This document shows, piece by piece, positions 39,966 to 53,214 of a stretch of 63,550 nt of DNA. The first letter of the stretch is position 1; each line of letters begins with the position of its first letter. Source of the stretch: Octopus bimaculoides. Lineage: Eukaryota. The notes below the pieces were generated by a model. That model did no database searches. It was not told the origin of the DNA and worked only from the letters and a program-made list of their open reading frames with translations. The stretch is from contig NC_068981.1 of NCBI RefSeq assembly GCF_001194135.2, positions 56,825,725 through 56,889,274 on the forward strand. The letters are read 5' to 3'. The position numbers and the translations under genes were made by a program.

Positions 39966-40560
39966 ACCCAGCATTTATATACGACATTATAGCATAGACA
40001 AAAACCATCCAGTGGACATAGTTGGGAATACCAACGAGTACTGGCTGCAGGAGTATTCAGTCGCAGGGTAGCGGGATGTGGATAGTTAGAGGTAAGCCTG
40101 GCGGGCTTAGATTCCTCACTGAGAACGGGAAGTGCGAGTTTTCTTCGTAGTCTAGTATTAGAAATATATGGAATTAGAAATATATGGGATCTTCTCATGG
40201 AAACCGCTGTCCCGAAGAGTTTGCTTATAGAACAGGGCATGATTAGTAAAGATATCTTCATTTGTTTATCAGTAAGAAATCTTGGTAGAAACACCAGGCA
40301 CAATGTTATTAAGGGAAATCCAAGGAGATTAGAAGAGACTTTGATATATTGTAGTGACTCATTCGGTTTATGGTAAGGGTAATATACGTCTGCATCTAAG
40401 CCAAGAGTCACATCGCAGACGTTAGCTACTTTAGTGCTATTTTCGAATGAGATTCTAATTCTTAAAGAACTTATGTAGAGCTTTCTGGATACGTTCAACA
40501 AACGGTTGTGAGAAGAGCGGGACTTATGGGTAATATTTCTATGTGACTGTTTACTGGTTG
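39965..40560 (-). mobile_element. Penelope-like element fragment (RT thumb to start of GIY-YIG), cut by the Tx1-like LINE
   Basis: LRIRISFENSTKVANVCDVTLGLDADVYYPYHKPNESLQYIKVSSN and CPLDGFCLCYNVVYKCWV. Confidence 0.75.
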
Positions 40561-40804
40561 CACACCCAAGACTTTTTGCAAATTACATCAGCAAATTAAT
40601 GAACATTACAATTATTATCCAACTCCGAAGTTCCCGAAACAGCTGTCGAGTTAAGAAATCATGTATTCCCTTCTCGGTATTCTGTATTTTTATGCTCTGT
40701 GTAAATATATTTGCATATATATATGTGTGTGCGTGTATATGTATATATGTGTTTATCTTTCTGAATATAGGTAGATATATGTTTTTATATCTACATCTTC
40801 ATCT

Positions 40805-40855
<51 letters not shown>

Positions 40856-41488
40856 TCAAGCCATGACTTTAGATTCGTGTTTCGAAGTAGATTTTCTTAC
40901 ACTTAAATATGCAATTAAGTCAAGGACGCCTTCATGAAACTATATAACGCTGTTTTAAACCAAAGTAAGTTTATAGCGGCATAAAAGATATTCTCCATTT
41001 TGTTTCTTTGTCATTTATTCCTCTTTTAAGATTTAAACTGATTTGTTGAGAGCAAAACTTTTCCCGTTCTCGATGCAGCTATAAAGATAGATATATTGTA
41101 AATTGTCGGTTCTCAAATTGGTTTTAAGGCAAAAAACATTAACTAATAATTATGAGGTTTCTGTCGATGGAAGGAGCCTATAAGACATGTAATGACGAAA
41201 AAAAATGGAATAAAATGATGTTAATATTGCTCATGACAATTCTCTTCAGTAGATAACTGTAAATACGCAGCTGCTGTTACCATCTAGCCAAAATCTTTTT
41301 ATCCTTTTTGCTACTTTCATAGGCTTTTCCTATGTTGTTATAATCTAACGTGGCGTTGGGGGTTAACAAGAAAACGGAAACTTCTGATATAGCGATGGAA
41401 CTCTTAAGAATTGTTTGAACATAATATCCACTGTGTCATGTAAATGTTGCCTACCTGTTTATCAAGCCAATATATTTATCTGCAGCCG

Positions 41489-41489
<1 letters not shown>

Positions 41490-41543
<54 letters not shown>

Positions 41544-42078
41544 NNNNNNNNNNNNNNNNNNNNNNNNNNNNNNNNNNNNNNNNNNNNNNNNNNNNNNNNN
41601 NNNNNNNNNNNNNNNNNNNNNNNNNNNNNNNNNNNNNNNNNNNNNNNNNNNNNNNNNNNNNNNNNNNNNNNNNNNNNNNNNNNNNNNNNNNNNNNNNNNN
41701 NNNNNNNNNNNNNNNNNNNNNNNNNNNNNNNNNNNNNNNNNNNNNNNNNNNNNNNNNNNNNNNNNNNNNNNNNNNNNNNNNNNNNNNNNNNNNNNNNNNN
41801 NNNNNNNNNNNNNNNNNNNNNNNNNNNNNNNNNNNNNNNNNNNNNNNNNNNNNNNNNNNNNNNNNNNNNNNNNNNNNNNNNNNNNNNNNNNNNNNNNNNN
41901 NNNNNNNNNNNNNNNNNNNNNNNNNNNNNNNNNNNNNNNNNNNNNNNNNNNNNNNNNNNNNNNNNNNNNATATACATACATACATATATACATACATACA
42001 TACATACATACATGCATACATACATACATACATACATACATACATACATACATACATACATACATACATGCATACATG
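41490..42078. repeat. (TC)n, then a gap, then (CATA)n
   Basis: Seen directly. Confidence 0.9.
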
Positions 42079-42752
42079 CTCTGTCGGAAAAGTAACCCTC
42101 GACGCCAAATAAATAAGAACTTACAGTATGGTAGAAGCCATAACCACCCGTAATAAGGAGTACTGATAGAATGTCCCAGAGAAAACTTCAATAAAATATA
42201 AACACAATGGACATGACCTAGTCATTTGGGATAGAGAAAAGAAACAGTGTACAGTTGTGGTAACCTGCTGCCCAGTGGATGCTAACATCAAGCTAAAGAT
42301 CAGCGAAATAGAAAATACCTACGCTGAACTATTGAGTTATCTACAGCTACTCTATCCAAATAACAAGTTCTGGTTTATACCTATAATTATTGGGGCACTT
42401 GGATATATAACACACTACCTAAATACCAATCTTGAAAAATTAGGTTTCTCAGAACCAGAAAAGAGAAAGTTATTCGAAGACTGCAGATCCAATCCATCAC
42501 TGGAACTGTAAAAAGCAGTAAAACTTTCCAGAAGTTTATCATCTAAGTATATATGAGCATGTCTAGACATGCAACTACAGTCTATGCATGAGAATACATA
42601 CATAAAACAAAACATACAAATCTGCACATCTATATACATACAGAAGTATCCTGTTGATGTTGTTGAAATTCCAATGAAGGAACCTTGGACCTATGTTAGA
42701 AACCGATTCTTTCTCTATTGGCAAGAAATCTTGAAATAAAACTGAACAATGT
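42079..42752 (+). mobile_element. REL-endonuclease LINE 3' fragment with 3' UTR
   Basis: KTSIKYKHNGHDLVIWDREKKQCTVV..PVDANIKLKISEIENTYAELL..FIPIIIGALG..LQIQSITGTVK; an RPD...D..P REL motif. 3' UTR 42642-42752 recurs at 49020-49135. Confidence 0.8.
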
Positions 42753-43369
42753 GTTGTGTGAGTATGAAGTGTGCGTGTATGTTCATATGTTTTGTATGTG
42801 TGTGCCTGTATGTGTTTACGTTTGCGGTTTGGGAATAGTGTGTTTGTATATTAGGGAGTGCTGCGTGGGACTGTAGGATAATTGTGCGAGTGTGTTTGTA
42901 TGTGGGTACGTGTGTAAATGTGGATCTAACATATCAGTAGCAAAAGTGTGTAACTGTAGTAGGACGTGGGATCGAGAGGTTGAGTGATGTGCGTAGTGAG
43001 TGCATGTGTGTCACTGTGTGTGTACGTATGTATTGACGTGTGTGAATGTGTGTACAGATATGTGTATATGCATGTGTGTATATATGTGTTTGCATTCGTG
43101 CGTGCGTGAGTATGAGTGTGTGTGTACGGGTGTGTGTGTTGGTGTATGTGGGAAGTATTTTGTTCCTGCTTATAATAGATTTTAGTTATTTATTTGTTCT
43201 TTTGTTTGTTTGTNNNNNNNNNNGGGTTATATAAGTTTATTGTTCGTGTAATAAGCTACGAAATTCTTACGTTCTCTCGATTTTCTGTAATTCAGACCGC
43301 CTCAAGTTCCCAGCAGGCAAAATGGAAAAGGTATTGCCCCGAAAGATAGCATGCCCTAGAACAGGGGTC

Positions 43370-43903
43370 GGCGAACAGGGGTAAATTACCCCAAGTGGGG
43401 TACAAATGAAATTTTGGTGGGTAATGAGGACTCATTAGACATAAGTAAAATTATATATAAAAAAAAACTTGTTCCTTGTTACGATAGAAATTTTTCTTCT
43501 GGAATGAGGAGACAGTCAAAAAGTTACTGACTTTTGCAACAACCTACATTTGCAAACAAGGATTTTCTACTCTAATCAGCAAAAATATAAAGCAGAGTAT
43601 TCGATTGGACCCCCAAGACTGTATCCAAATTGTTCTGGCATCAAAATACCCCAATTTTGATGTAACTGTAACAAAAATGATACGAAATGAAAAAGTTTCT
43701 AGAAAAATCTTTTTGCTTCATAATGAGGATATTAATTAATTTTATCGCATATGTTTTATAATTTCTATATGTAAAATTGTATTCTCCATATAAATAGATT
43801 CAATAAACCTTTTGAATTCCATGAATCTATGATTTTCTTCCTTTCAAATCAAGGGGGTAAATAAATATATTTTGGGGTGATTGTTTAAAAATTTCCCCAG
43901 CCC
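43370..43903 (+). mobile_element. hAT (Charlie/Buster-like) internally deleted derivative
   Basis: Left end caggggtcggcgaac; 43505-43680 encodes KKLLTFATTYICKQGFSTL..RLDPQDCIQIVL (hAT C-terminal dimerisation motif); degenerate right end ttccccagccccc. Confidence 0.7.
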
Positions 43904-43904
43904 C

Positions 43905-44410
43905 CGCCCTTGAGCAACAACTCCGACTCACGGGGCTCGTACTTACGGAGAGCCATCTCTTTCCTGACAGAATTGGGCAGGGATATGGTCCGGGGGCCGA
44001 GAACGACGGAGGTCTCCATTGCCACAGGCTCAACCATAAACTTGTGTCTGGGCTGGTAGCTGAGTACACCGAGTTGCTGCTGAGGAAGATGTCACAGCAT
44101 GTTACATACCAGATGTGACATCCCGGAACGGGAAACTGTCAAACCATCAGGCTTTTACCATCTCCTAGGTCTAGCCCTGCTGGCTCGAGCTGGGAAAGTG
44201 TCTAGGCGATGCGCTATGATTTTGTTAAGGACGTAATGACAGTTTGGGGAGTAGACCCGCAGCGGCATTCATGAGGTGCACAGATCTGGATGCCAAGCTT
44301 CAAGGAAACGCTGATGCGCAGACAGTCACTATCAAGCTGAGTAACAGTCCTGGGTGATGGTACCGCATTGAACCAGGCTCCGATGTGAGGCTCGGAAGCC
44401 TATGATTATA
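43905..44410 (+). mobile_element. GC-rich probable LINE 3' remnant (clade uncertain)
   Basis: GC-rich island; frames give EVSIATG..L and RCDIPERETVK, resembling the TGH..L..CxxC..ETVxH C-terminal zinc knuckle of LINE ORF2. Confidence 0.3.
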
Positions 44411-44999
44411 AGTAAGCGCGCGCGCGCGTTTGTGTGGGGGCTGTACAACAGCTGAATATTAAAGTGAGGAATCACTTAACATTTTCAGTTGAATATGATA
44501 TTTATTTATTATTCTTACAAGAAAAGCCTGAAGGTATCTAAGTTTCAGCTTACTTACCGTCTTTTGGTGAGGGATACATGTGATCGGTGGAACGATGTAT
44601 ATAAAAATTAAAGATTGTAAGGAGGAAGATGTGGGTGTGTAGAAAATGAGGTGGATTATTCGCTAACTTTTTCATGTTAGTTTATTCGATATGTCTAACA
44701 TTTTTTGTAATTTTAAATTGATTTAAGGTGTTATTTTAATAAAAAATACAGTCTTTTATATTAAAAAAGGTATCATTCTTTTCAAAATAATAGTTTATGG
44801 AAATTTAATACAAGGAGAACTGTCAACCGTTTGTTCGTGAGTTTGGCGCTTAGCCAACTCGTCTATACGGAGTACTCAGCCTTTTTGTATATCAGTGATA
44901 GATAGTGTTTCTTACTGTTATAGCTTGTGTATTATAATATAGACGAATACTTATGGATTATTTAACTGACCACTCAATACCCACCGAATTTCTAAACCT

Positions 45000-45530
45000 C
45001 ATCTGCTTGCATACGATGTAAGTCCCGTGTGTCACATTTCCTAGCCTAGGTATTGTCACTCTTTGTTAACAGCCTTATCATACAATATGTTTTTATCACT
45101 CCCATGATACGTACAAAATTCATCTTCTAAAATAGGGAAGACATAAAGCTCCCTTGATATTGATGTTTTTCTTGTTGATCTACAATATTTTTAGTAATCT
45201 ACTAACAGACACAAATATTTATTTTGGCTAAATTCCAGGCTTATATCCTGGGAGAATTCGCTAATTAGGTCTAGCTCTTTTAAACATTGGAATTGTTGCT
45301 AACCGAGAGTTATATCTCATCGACATGTCTTTGGTTATATCGGCATCCATGTTCTTAACAAACTCTTTATGATAAATATTAGACTGTTTTATTATTCACA
45401 CAATGCAGTTTATATTTACAAAGCTACATTGTAGTACTACTCTCTTTATTAACCCTGAGTTAAGAATTTTCTAATGGGAAATTCTATATATTTGAATGAA
45501 ATCTGACCAAGAAATAATCTTCCAACAAAC
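45000..45530 (-). mobile_element. Possible very old Penelope-like RT-thumb remnant
   Basis: KILNSGLIKRVVLQCS loosely resembles the LIxRAxxICS motif; weak. Confidence 0.25.
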
Positions 45531-45857
45531 GGAACCTCGATCTAGTTTTAATTCATGATCGAAACTAGTTCACTTTACTTCTTCCATTGTACTTTCGGGA
45601 AGGGTATGGATGTAACATTATTTTTCCATCTCCATATAAAACATAAATATATTGCCAGAATATAAAGTTACATTCTGGATCAAGATGGTTGTTAATCAAG
45701 TAAACTTTGTGTGATATTGGGATATCACAAAAACACCTCGTCATCATATGTGATTCAATAGAAATCACTCCTATTAAACTATCAGGCTCATCATATCTAT
45801 GTAAAGAACATCTACTCGCCAGGAATTTTAAAAATGTTAAAAGATACATACATACAT

Positions 45858-45873
45858 ATAGATAGATAGATAA

Positions 45874-45932
<59 letters not shown>
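45858..45932. repeat. (AGAT)n tetranucleotide microsatellite
   Basis: Seen directly. Confidence 0.95.
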
Positions 45933-45933
<1 letters not shown>

Positions 45934-46686
45934 GTAAAAACTACATATGTTTCATAGCTACACAATATTGGTTACATAACTTGTAACACACATAAAACTC
46001 GTTTAGCTGACCCTTGGGTTCGATTACCTTCGAGTTGTATATATCATCAAATGGCAAGTTGAAAACCAAAAAAAAAAACGGATGACCAAAGAGATCAATT
46101 GCTAGTAGGCATGTAGCCATAAAAGGAAAAAGGATGGGTATGTTTACCGAAAGAGAAAGAGTCTAGGTAGGGGAAAGGGAGATGGGGGGTCAAAAGAGAA
46201 TGAGAGACGCGTGAATTTCGAGGTAGGGCAATAAAATCATTAATTTTGGCGTCGAGGAGATAGTATATGACATAGAGAACTGATGGAACATTATGCTACG
46301 TGGTAACGCGCGACCTCTAAGATATGTAAATTGCGGTACTATTCTTAACAAAGGGAAGCATAGAACTATATCGAGAAAAAAAATTATATGAACATGTATA
46401 GTCGAAAAAATGAGAAAATAGTTTAATTCAAAATAAAAGCAGCGGAAATAACAACATATATAAATTTTGCGTGAAAAATATATAAAAGTGGGAAGAAAGG
46501 TAGGCTCGCGTACTACATTAAAAATTCATAAAGTCAACTTGCAAACACATGTGTGTATACACATACACACACACAGACTCATTCATTCACACACATACAT
46601 ACACACGCACAGACAGCTAGATAGATAAATAAATAGATACATACAAACTTAAATACATACATGCATACGTACGTACACACATACTT

Positions 46687-46747
<61 letters not shown>

Positions 46748-47954
46748 ATGGAAAAAATGTATACATATATATACATACATATATATGTATGTATATTTAT
46801 AAATATACATATACACATGCATGCATAAGCACAGACATACACATACATATATATTGACACATACTTATACATATATACACACACATATTTACGCACATTC
46901 GCTCACAGACACATACACATTATAGATATATATAAGTNNNNNNNNNNNNNNNNNNNNNNNNNNNNNNNNNNNNNNNNNNNNNNNNNNNNNNNNNNNNNNN
47001 NNNNNNNNNNNNNNNNNNNNNNNNNNNNNNNNNNNNNNNNNNNNNNNNNNNNNNNNNNNNNNNNNNNNNNNNNCTGTTTAAGTGCAGTTGAAAATGTAGA
47101 CGTATTAATAAATACAATAGCTTGAAATACGAGAACAGTTCATATAAAAAATAAATAACTGAATAAGTAAAATATAAACAAGTGGAAAAAGTGGAGGAAA
47201 AATATAAATATGCAGAGACCGGACACCAAGTAAGGAATGAACCAAAATACATAACAATACATAAACACACACACACACAGATATACACACACGCACACGC
47301 ACACATTTACATATATATATACATCCGCACACATGCATATCCATATACACACACATATATATACATACACATACACACGTGTTTGTGTCAAAGTAAGTAA
47401 AAAAATTTTAAATATACAAAAAATATTCAAGTATAGCAATATATATTTTTAAAAAACTGGAGCATGTATACGTGTATAAAAGAAATAAAACTACATGTAT
47501 ATTAATGTTAAAGAAATTATGCATATGTAAAAACAAAAGTAAAATAATAAAAACTGAAAAACAATTAAGATACAAAAAATAAAAGAATGCCATAATAAAA
47601 AAATGTAGAAAGATATATTATGGAAAATTTCTTGGGAAAGAAAAGGCCAAAGTTACAAAACCAAGGAAAAGGGGAAATGAAAATAGTTCAGTTGGACAAA
47701 TAGGAGGATTGGCAGCTATGACAAGTTAAAGTTTTATACCTTAAGAGAGTGTTACATAAACTATACCGACAAAACAGTCAGGTTGCTATGTTTATTAACG
47801 TAGTTCTTATATTGCATAATAGTTATCATTTCAGCAATGCGGAGTGAAAACTTATATCCACTACAAGATCTAGCATGTTTTACAATAGATCATTTAATGT
47901 TGCAATCTAATGAATCCTTGTTTTAAATCCTGAACTAGCTTAAACACAGAGCTG

Positions 47955-48330
47955 CTATTGAACTCTGGCCTCGGACCGAAAGTTAGAGTAATGGTTACGC
48001 AATCTCGCCTTGAAATTAGTACTGCACGCGCCGACGTAAGTAAACCAGGATCGATTTGTAAATACTATGCGCTTGTGCACAGTCTTCTTCGTAAAATATT
48101 TATTCTTCAAAGGGCAAGAGGCTGAATACTTACAGTTATAGAGTATCCTCGCAATCTCCATAGGGATATTATGGGACCAATCATTTCCTGTATAATCAGG
48201 TGCAGCATAGATAGAAACGAGTGTGTTATCCGGATAAATACAGTGATTTTTGTTCTCATTGCTCACATAATTCATATCGTCTAATTTATAACTGACATCA
48301 ACGGATCGGTGGTCCGGCAATATGGGATGA
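47955..48330 (-). mobile_element. Penelope-like GIY-YIG endonuclease fragment
   Basis: ORF 47955-48320: YNCKYSASCPLKNKYFTKKTVHK..FTYVGACSTNFKARLRNHYSNF fits the CNCxxxxxCPL..VY..YIG..FKxRxxNH consensus. Confidence 0.75.
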
Positions 48331-49019
48331 GCAGTGTAACCAATCGAGTGTTGTCAGAGATGGTGCCATCTCAACGCCATGCCGAGAAGAATTCACAGGG
48401 TTAATGACTATGGGTTGAGGTTTTGTGGGGATTCCTACGAATGTTGCTCTCATCTAGATTAAGTAATCTTGTATAATCAAGACGAGGTATAATGTCAGTT
48501 ATGTTGCTTGTAGTCGAATAGGACATTGTGTGTGTCAAAAATTATGTAAAAAATATTGTTTTGCTATGAAACATATGTTGTCTTTATTTACCTTTCCCAC
48601 TACCTACATTTTCAATTTTTTATTCGCATATTTAGCAATTTTAGTTGTGAGCTGTATAGTGATTGTCAGTTATCGAAATTTCCATTGCTTTCAATGTGGG
48701 GCGACGTGCATAGCATACAATAGTTATTAAATTCTTCTTGTCGTATATTGCCCACCTTTTGTTATAGCTGTTTACATGCTTGAAGCTTACTAACTTCCTA
48801 TACGAGTCTCTTTCAACTCGTAATACATATACATACACACATGCGCACACACACAAACACACAGACACAAATATATACATATTTATGTACATATAACGAA
48901 GTTATTAGTGAGGGGTTATCAATTCGGGCAAACCACTTTATATGCTCTCTATTATTACACCAGGCTAACAATATCGATACATACATACATACATACATAC
49001 ATACATACATACATACATA

Positions 49020-49135
49020 CAAAAATACCCTATTGTTGTTGATGTTGAAATTCCTGTGTAGTAACCTTGGATCTAGGTTAGAAACCGGTTCTTTCTCTAT
49101 TGGCAAGAAATCTTGTAATAAAACTGAACAATGAC
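49020..49135 (+). mobile_element. Isolated 3' UTR of the REL-LINE family, embedded in (ACAT)n
   Basis: Aligns with 42642-42752 (aaccttgga..gttagaaaccg.ttctttctctattggcaagaaatcttg.aataaaactgaacaatg); (ACAT)n on both sides. Confidence 0.8.
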
Positions 49136-49384
49136 ATACATACATACATACATACATACATACATACTTGCATAAGCGTATATATATATATATATATATA
49201 CACACGCACACACACACACACACACACATACACATGTACATATACATATACATATACACTTGCGCACGCGCACTGTGACTCCTTTTTGTCATCTGATTTG
49301 TGTCGATTGAGCATTTTTTACTCGTACATTTAATATATAAAACGTTGTGGTTGTTGTTACAGGCAGGAGATGGAGAGGGAGTTA

Positions 49385-49507
49385 GAAGAAGAAGAAGAAG
49401 AAGAAGAAGAAGAAGAAGAAGAAGAAGAAGAAGAAGAAGAAGAAGAAGAAGAAGAAGAAGAAGAAGAAGACGTTAAAATAGATAATAATAACAACAACAA
49501 CAACAAC

Positions 49508-49559
<52 letters not shown>

Positions 49560-49570
49560 GATAATAATAA
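49385..49570. repeat. (GAA)n followed by (AAC)n-(AAT)n
   Basis: Seen directly. Confidence 0.95.
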
Positions 49571-50413
49571 GGACGACAATGGTGAAAATAATGACAATGG
49601 TGAATGATAGCGACATGCTTTGCTAATGATTGTTCTTACGACAGCGATAATAAGAAATTAGTAACAAAATTATAAATCTTATACTCATTAACATTTACAA
49701 ATTCGTTGTAATATATGCATAGTTGCTTTTAGCTTCTTTGCATATCGACATTTCACTTATTTATTCTGCTATGAAATGTTCCCGCTTGCGGGTGTTCCCA
49801 TACGCCCCAGCAGTTTGTAACAAGGTATCTTGACTAACGCTCACGTTCTCAATTATCTGTACGCAGCAAGTGCTGTAAGTGAATAGAGTCAGAGAAAATA
49901 TTCAGTATTTTGTTTCTTGGATATGTATTTGGTTATGTCCTACATACCGAATATGGAAAATGTCCTGCAAAGAACAGTATGTCTAATGCAGTGCAACATT
50001 ATCTTTGTAATATGTGTGTGAGTATGTGTGCATGAGTGTGTGTGTGTGTGTAAGTGTGAGTGTGTGTGTATGTGTACGAACACGCAAATATGCAAGCCAC
50101 AGAAATATACGTTTCATAGATGGAGAAAGTGAAGGACAGAGAGAAAGAGAGAATTGCTTGTGTACAAGTGAAATTAAATCTGTTTTCATTTGAAACATCT
50201 CCTTTAGTATTAACATTACCTATATGCATCTTCCAATACAAATGTAACCTGCTTCAATGCTGCTGCTGCTGTTATTACTGTCATACTGTTGCTTTTTCTT
50301 CTGCAGCTGCTGCTGCTACTGTTACTATTTGTGTTGTTTAGTTCCAGGTCAACCTTGACTGAAACAGTTCTATAACCAAACCTGTTTTGTGTTGATGAAC
50401 ATTTCCATTATTT

Positions 50414-50791
50414 TTACCTCCGCCCTAGCAAAGGCGGAGGTATTGTTTTCAGTCGTGTTTGTTTGTTCGTTTGTTTGTCTGTGGACAAGATATCTCAAGA
50501 ACCGCTGGATGGATTCGGATGAAACTTTCAAGGATGTTCAGCCTCGTGATTAACACGAACTGATTAGATTTTGGAATCGATCCGGTACCGAACAAGGATT
50601 CTGGATTATTTTACCTTTTTTTTTTTATATACTAACTTTTAAGATTGATCGGATAATTTTTAGCATTCTCGTTTGTAAGGGCAGTTGAATTTATTTCAGA
50701 TATTTTCATTTAAAAAATCATCTCTTGCTAATCGTTGAGAAGACGTTGGTGCTGCCTTGGCGGAGGTTTGCGCTCTCTGAGTGCTCTTGTT
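50414..50791 (+). mobile_element. Non-autonomous Helentron-type element (DINE-1/HINE architecture)
   Basis: 5' ttacctccgcc, nearby inverted ggcggaggta (50433-50442), (GTTT)n core, second ggcggaggt (50759-50767), 3' hairpin gcgctc-tct-gagtgc, T-rich flanks. Confidence 0.75.
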
Positions 50792-51076
50792 ATATATATT
50801 TTCAGGAATAATGTTATCCGACCTGCTTTGTCTTTCTTTTTAGACAGTAAAGTGTGATTTAGGAAAGATGTAGTTATCCTTTCTATCTAGTCGAGTGACC
50901 ACATAAAGTCTTTTTAACTGGTTTGTCTTCTATCACTGCTTTTCTCGATTCCCGGCGTGCTAACGTTTCTGCCAGCTCGTTGCCTTATGTGCATTTATAT
51001 ACTACTTAGTCAGTGTATTTGCTCACTTTGGTCACTTGTGTCGAAAGAGTGATTAAAATACTTTTTAATTTCTAGT

Positions 51077-51400
51077 GAAGACGATGGCTTAGTGGTTAGA
51101 GTATTCGGCTCGCGATCGTAGCGTCACGATTTCGATTCCCGGCGGCGCGTTGTGTCCTTGAGTAAGACACTTTATTTCAAGGTGCTCTAGTCCACTCAGC
51201 TGGCAAAAATTAGTAGTACCTGTATTTCAAGGGGCTAGCATTGTCACACTCTGTGTCATGCTGAATCTCCCTGAGAAGTAAGTGAAGGGGTACGCGTATT
51301 TGAGGAGTACTCAGCCACTTTCACGCTAATCTCACGAACAAGCTGTTCCGTTGATCGGATCATCTGAGACCCTCGTCGTCATAAGCGACGGAGTGCCAAG
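51077..51400 (+). mobile_element. tRNA-derived SINE family C, near full length
   Basis: tggcttagtggttagag A-box, ttcgattccc B-box, 3' ccctcgtcgtcataagcgacggagtgcc; matches 37488-37805. Confidence 0.85.
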
Positions 51401-52299
51401 GGAAGATGTTATAATTAGATCGTAAACCTGATCCAAATGCTTACAGTAGAGTGGACTCTGTTAAATACAAAATACACCTAAGAGCCAGAAAGAACAAGAA
51501 AGTTTCCTTGAATGCACTTCCACAGAGTTTCTACCGACTAAATTTCACTCAAGGCTTTACTATACCAGAGGTAGAGTCTTAAACAGTGCTGCACAATGAG
51601 GATGAGCTCAAAACCACGTCATACCTAATTCGGTTAATCAATGCTCCATTTTTCACTGAAAACTAGCTCGCTGATTATATAGTTACCTTGCGACTTAAAG
51701 AAAGAAAATGCAACAGTGATTAGTATGAAAATAATCATTGTACCTAAGGACTATTGGAAGTTATTTCACCATGAACCATTACACTGCACAGCATCAATAG
51801 CAAGATACAATTGCATGTATATTCTTACTTGACAACAATTTTACACCATAAGATGTACCATTTTGCTGTTATACTTTTATAGTCAATGTACACTCAATAT
51901 TTTTTTTCTTGCTTGTTTACTTCCTCCTTAATGGTAACACATCATTTTCGATATAACAAGAAAACACTCTTTATCAGTTTATGATTCCTTACAAATTAAC
52001 TTTTTTGTTTTTACCTTTTCCACTTCAGGTTTACTAATAAAACTTGGCCTCATAGCCATTTTAGGCCTTCTCAGATTGATAAGGTCAATGTAAGTTAGTG
52101 TTCAGATTAAATTTCAACAAGACAATGCATACAACAAAATACATTAACAGGAACTAGACAAGGAGGGGAAGTCTCTGCATGGTTGAAAAACTGCTAAAAA
52201 TTGCACTTTATTCTCCTATTATAATAGGACGGATAAACTGGAAATAGCTGAGCAAAAGTACCGGTTGGCTATGATTGGAATGCTTTAGTCATATGTATA

Positions 52300-52570
52300 T
52301 TCAGTGAAAACTGACTGGGGTCAAATCAACAAATTACATCATGAGCAGACGGTGTTTCCAATTAGAAAAGTTGCAATTCTTGAATTTGTGATGAAAAATA
52401 GCATAACAAGCGAGAGAAAGAGAGATGACTTTTTCGCAGAGGTTTAGATAGGTGAGTTGGGGCCAACAGATTAGTACAGAAGAGCAACAACTAATACGGG
52501 CAAGGTAGAAAAGACAGAGAGGAGATAAAATGTGTGAGAGAGCTGATAGGTTTGTTACCAAGTTAAAGGT
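52300..52570 (-). mobile_element. Possible CR1/Jockey-group LINE 3' remnant
   Basis: LSHILSPLCLFYLARISCCSS..NFSNW resembles the LSLFYRYYxGxCSxEL..RTxxLWN CR1-type C-terminus; weak. Confidence 0.35.
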
Positions 52571-53214
52571 TACACAATTATCACCTATTCTAGATGGTTT
52601 GTTTTACTATTTGTATAAATGTATGTATATCTTAAAATTTTTAATTATTTTATCGGGTTTCTAACCATGAAGCTTGTTCCATCGCTGGAATTTAAATAAC
52701 ATTAACAGTAAAAAGTGCTAAATGTTGAAATTTAGAAAAATCCTGTATATTATTACTGTTTTCGATGGTATGTATGTTCTGATGTTTTGAAAAAATTCTC
52801 ACCAATAAAGAACTGGTTTCTAATCTATACAGATCAACTTGGTGAGCATGTATGTATGGTATGTATATATGCATGTATGTATAAATATGTATGTAAGTAT
52901 GCATGTATGCATGCATTCATGTAAGTTGGTACCTAGATAGATATCTTCTGAATTATGTGTATGTGTTCTTGAATGTATGCTATTTCTTGTGTGGATTTGC
53001 AAGCGTTGACGTATTTGTTCATATACATATGTTTGTATGTCTATACGTGCACATACCTACCTATTACACGATAAACTGGTATGTTTTACATATTTTCAGA
53101 ATTTTCTTAATGATCGTGGTTTCTTAATTACCCGTATCTTTTCCGGTTTTGTGAAACCCTGCTATTTTGGTTAATGTTGATTCACATAGCGTTGAAAACA
53201 AGTGTACCAATAAT

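Noticed and set aside
49370-49564. Poly-E/poly-N ORF
   Set aside because: (GAA)n and (AAT)n microsatellites with no flanking coding context.
51077-51160. tRNA gene (also the heads at 9533, 14461, 28240, 37750 and 55350-55410)
   Set aside because: A/B boxes are present, but they are SINE heads continuing into SINE bodies, and no complete cloverleaf is evident.
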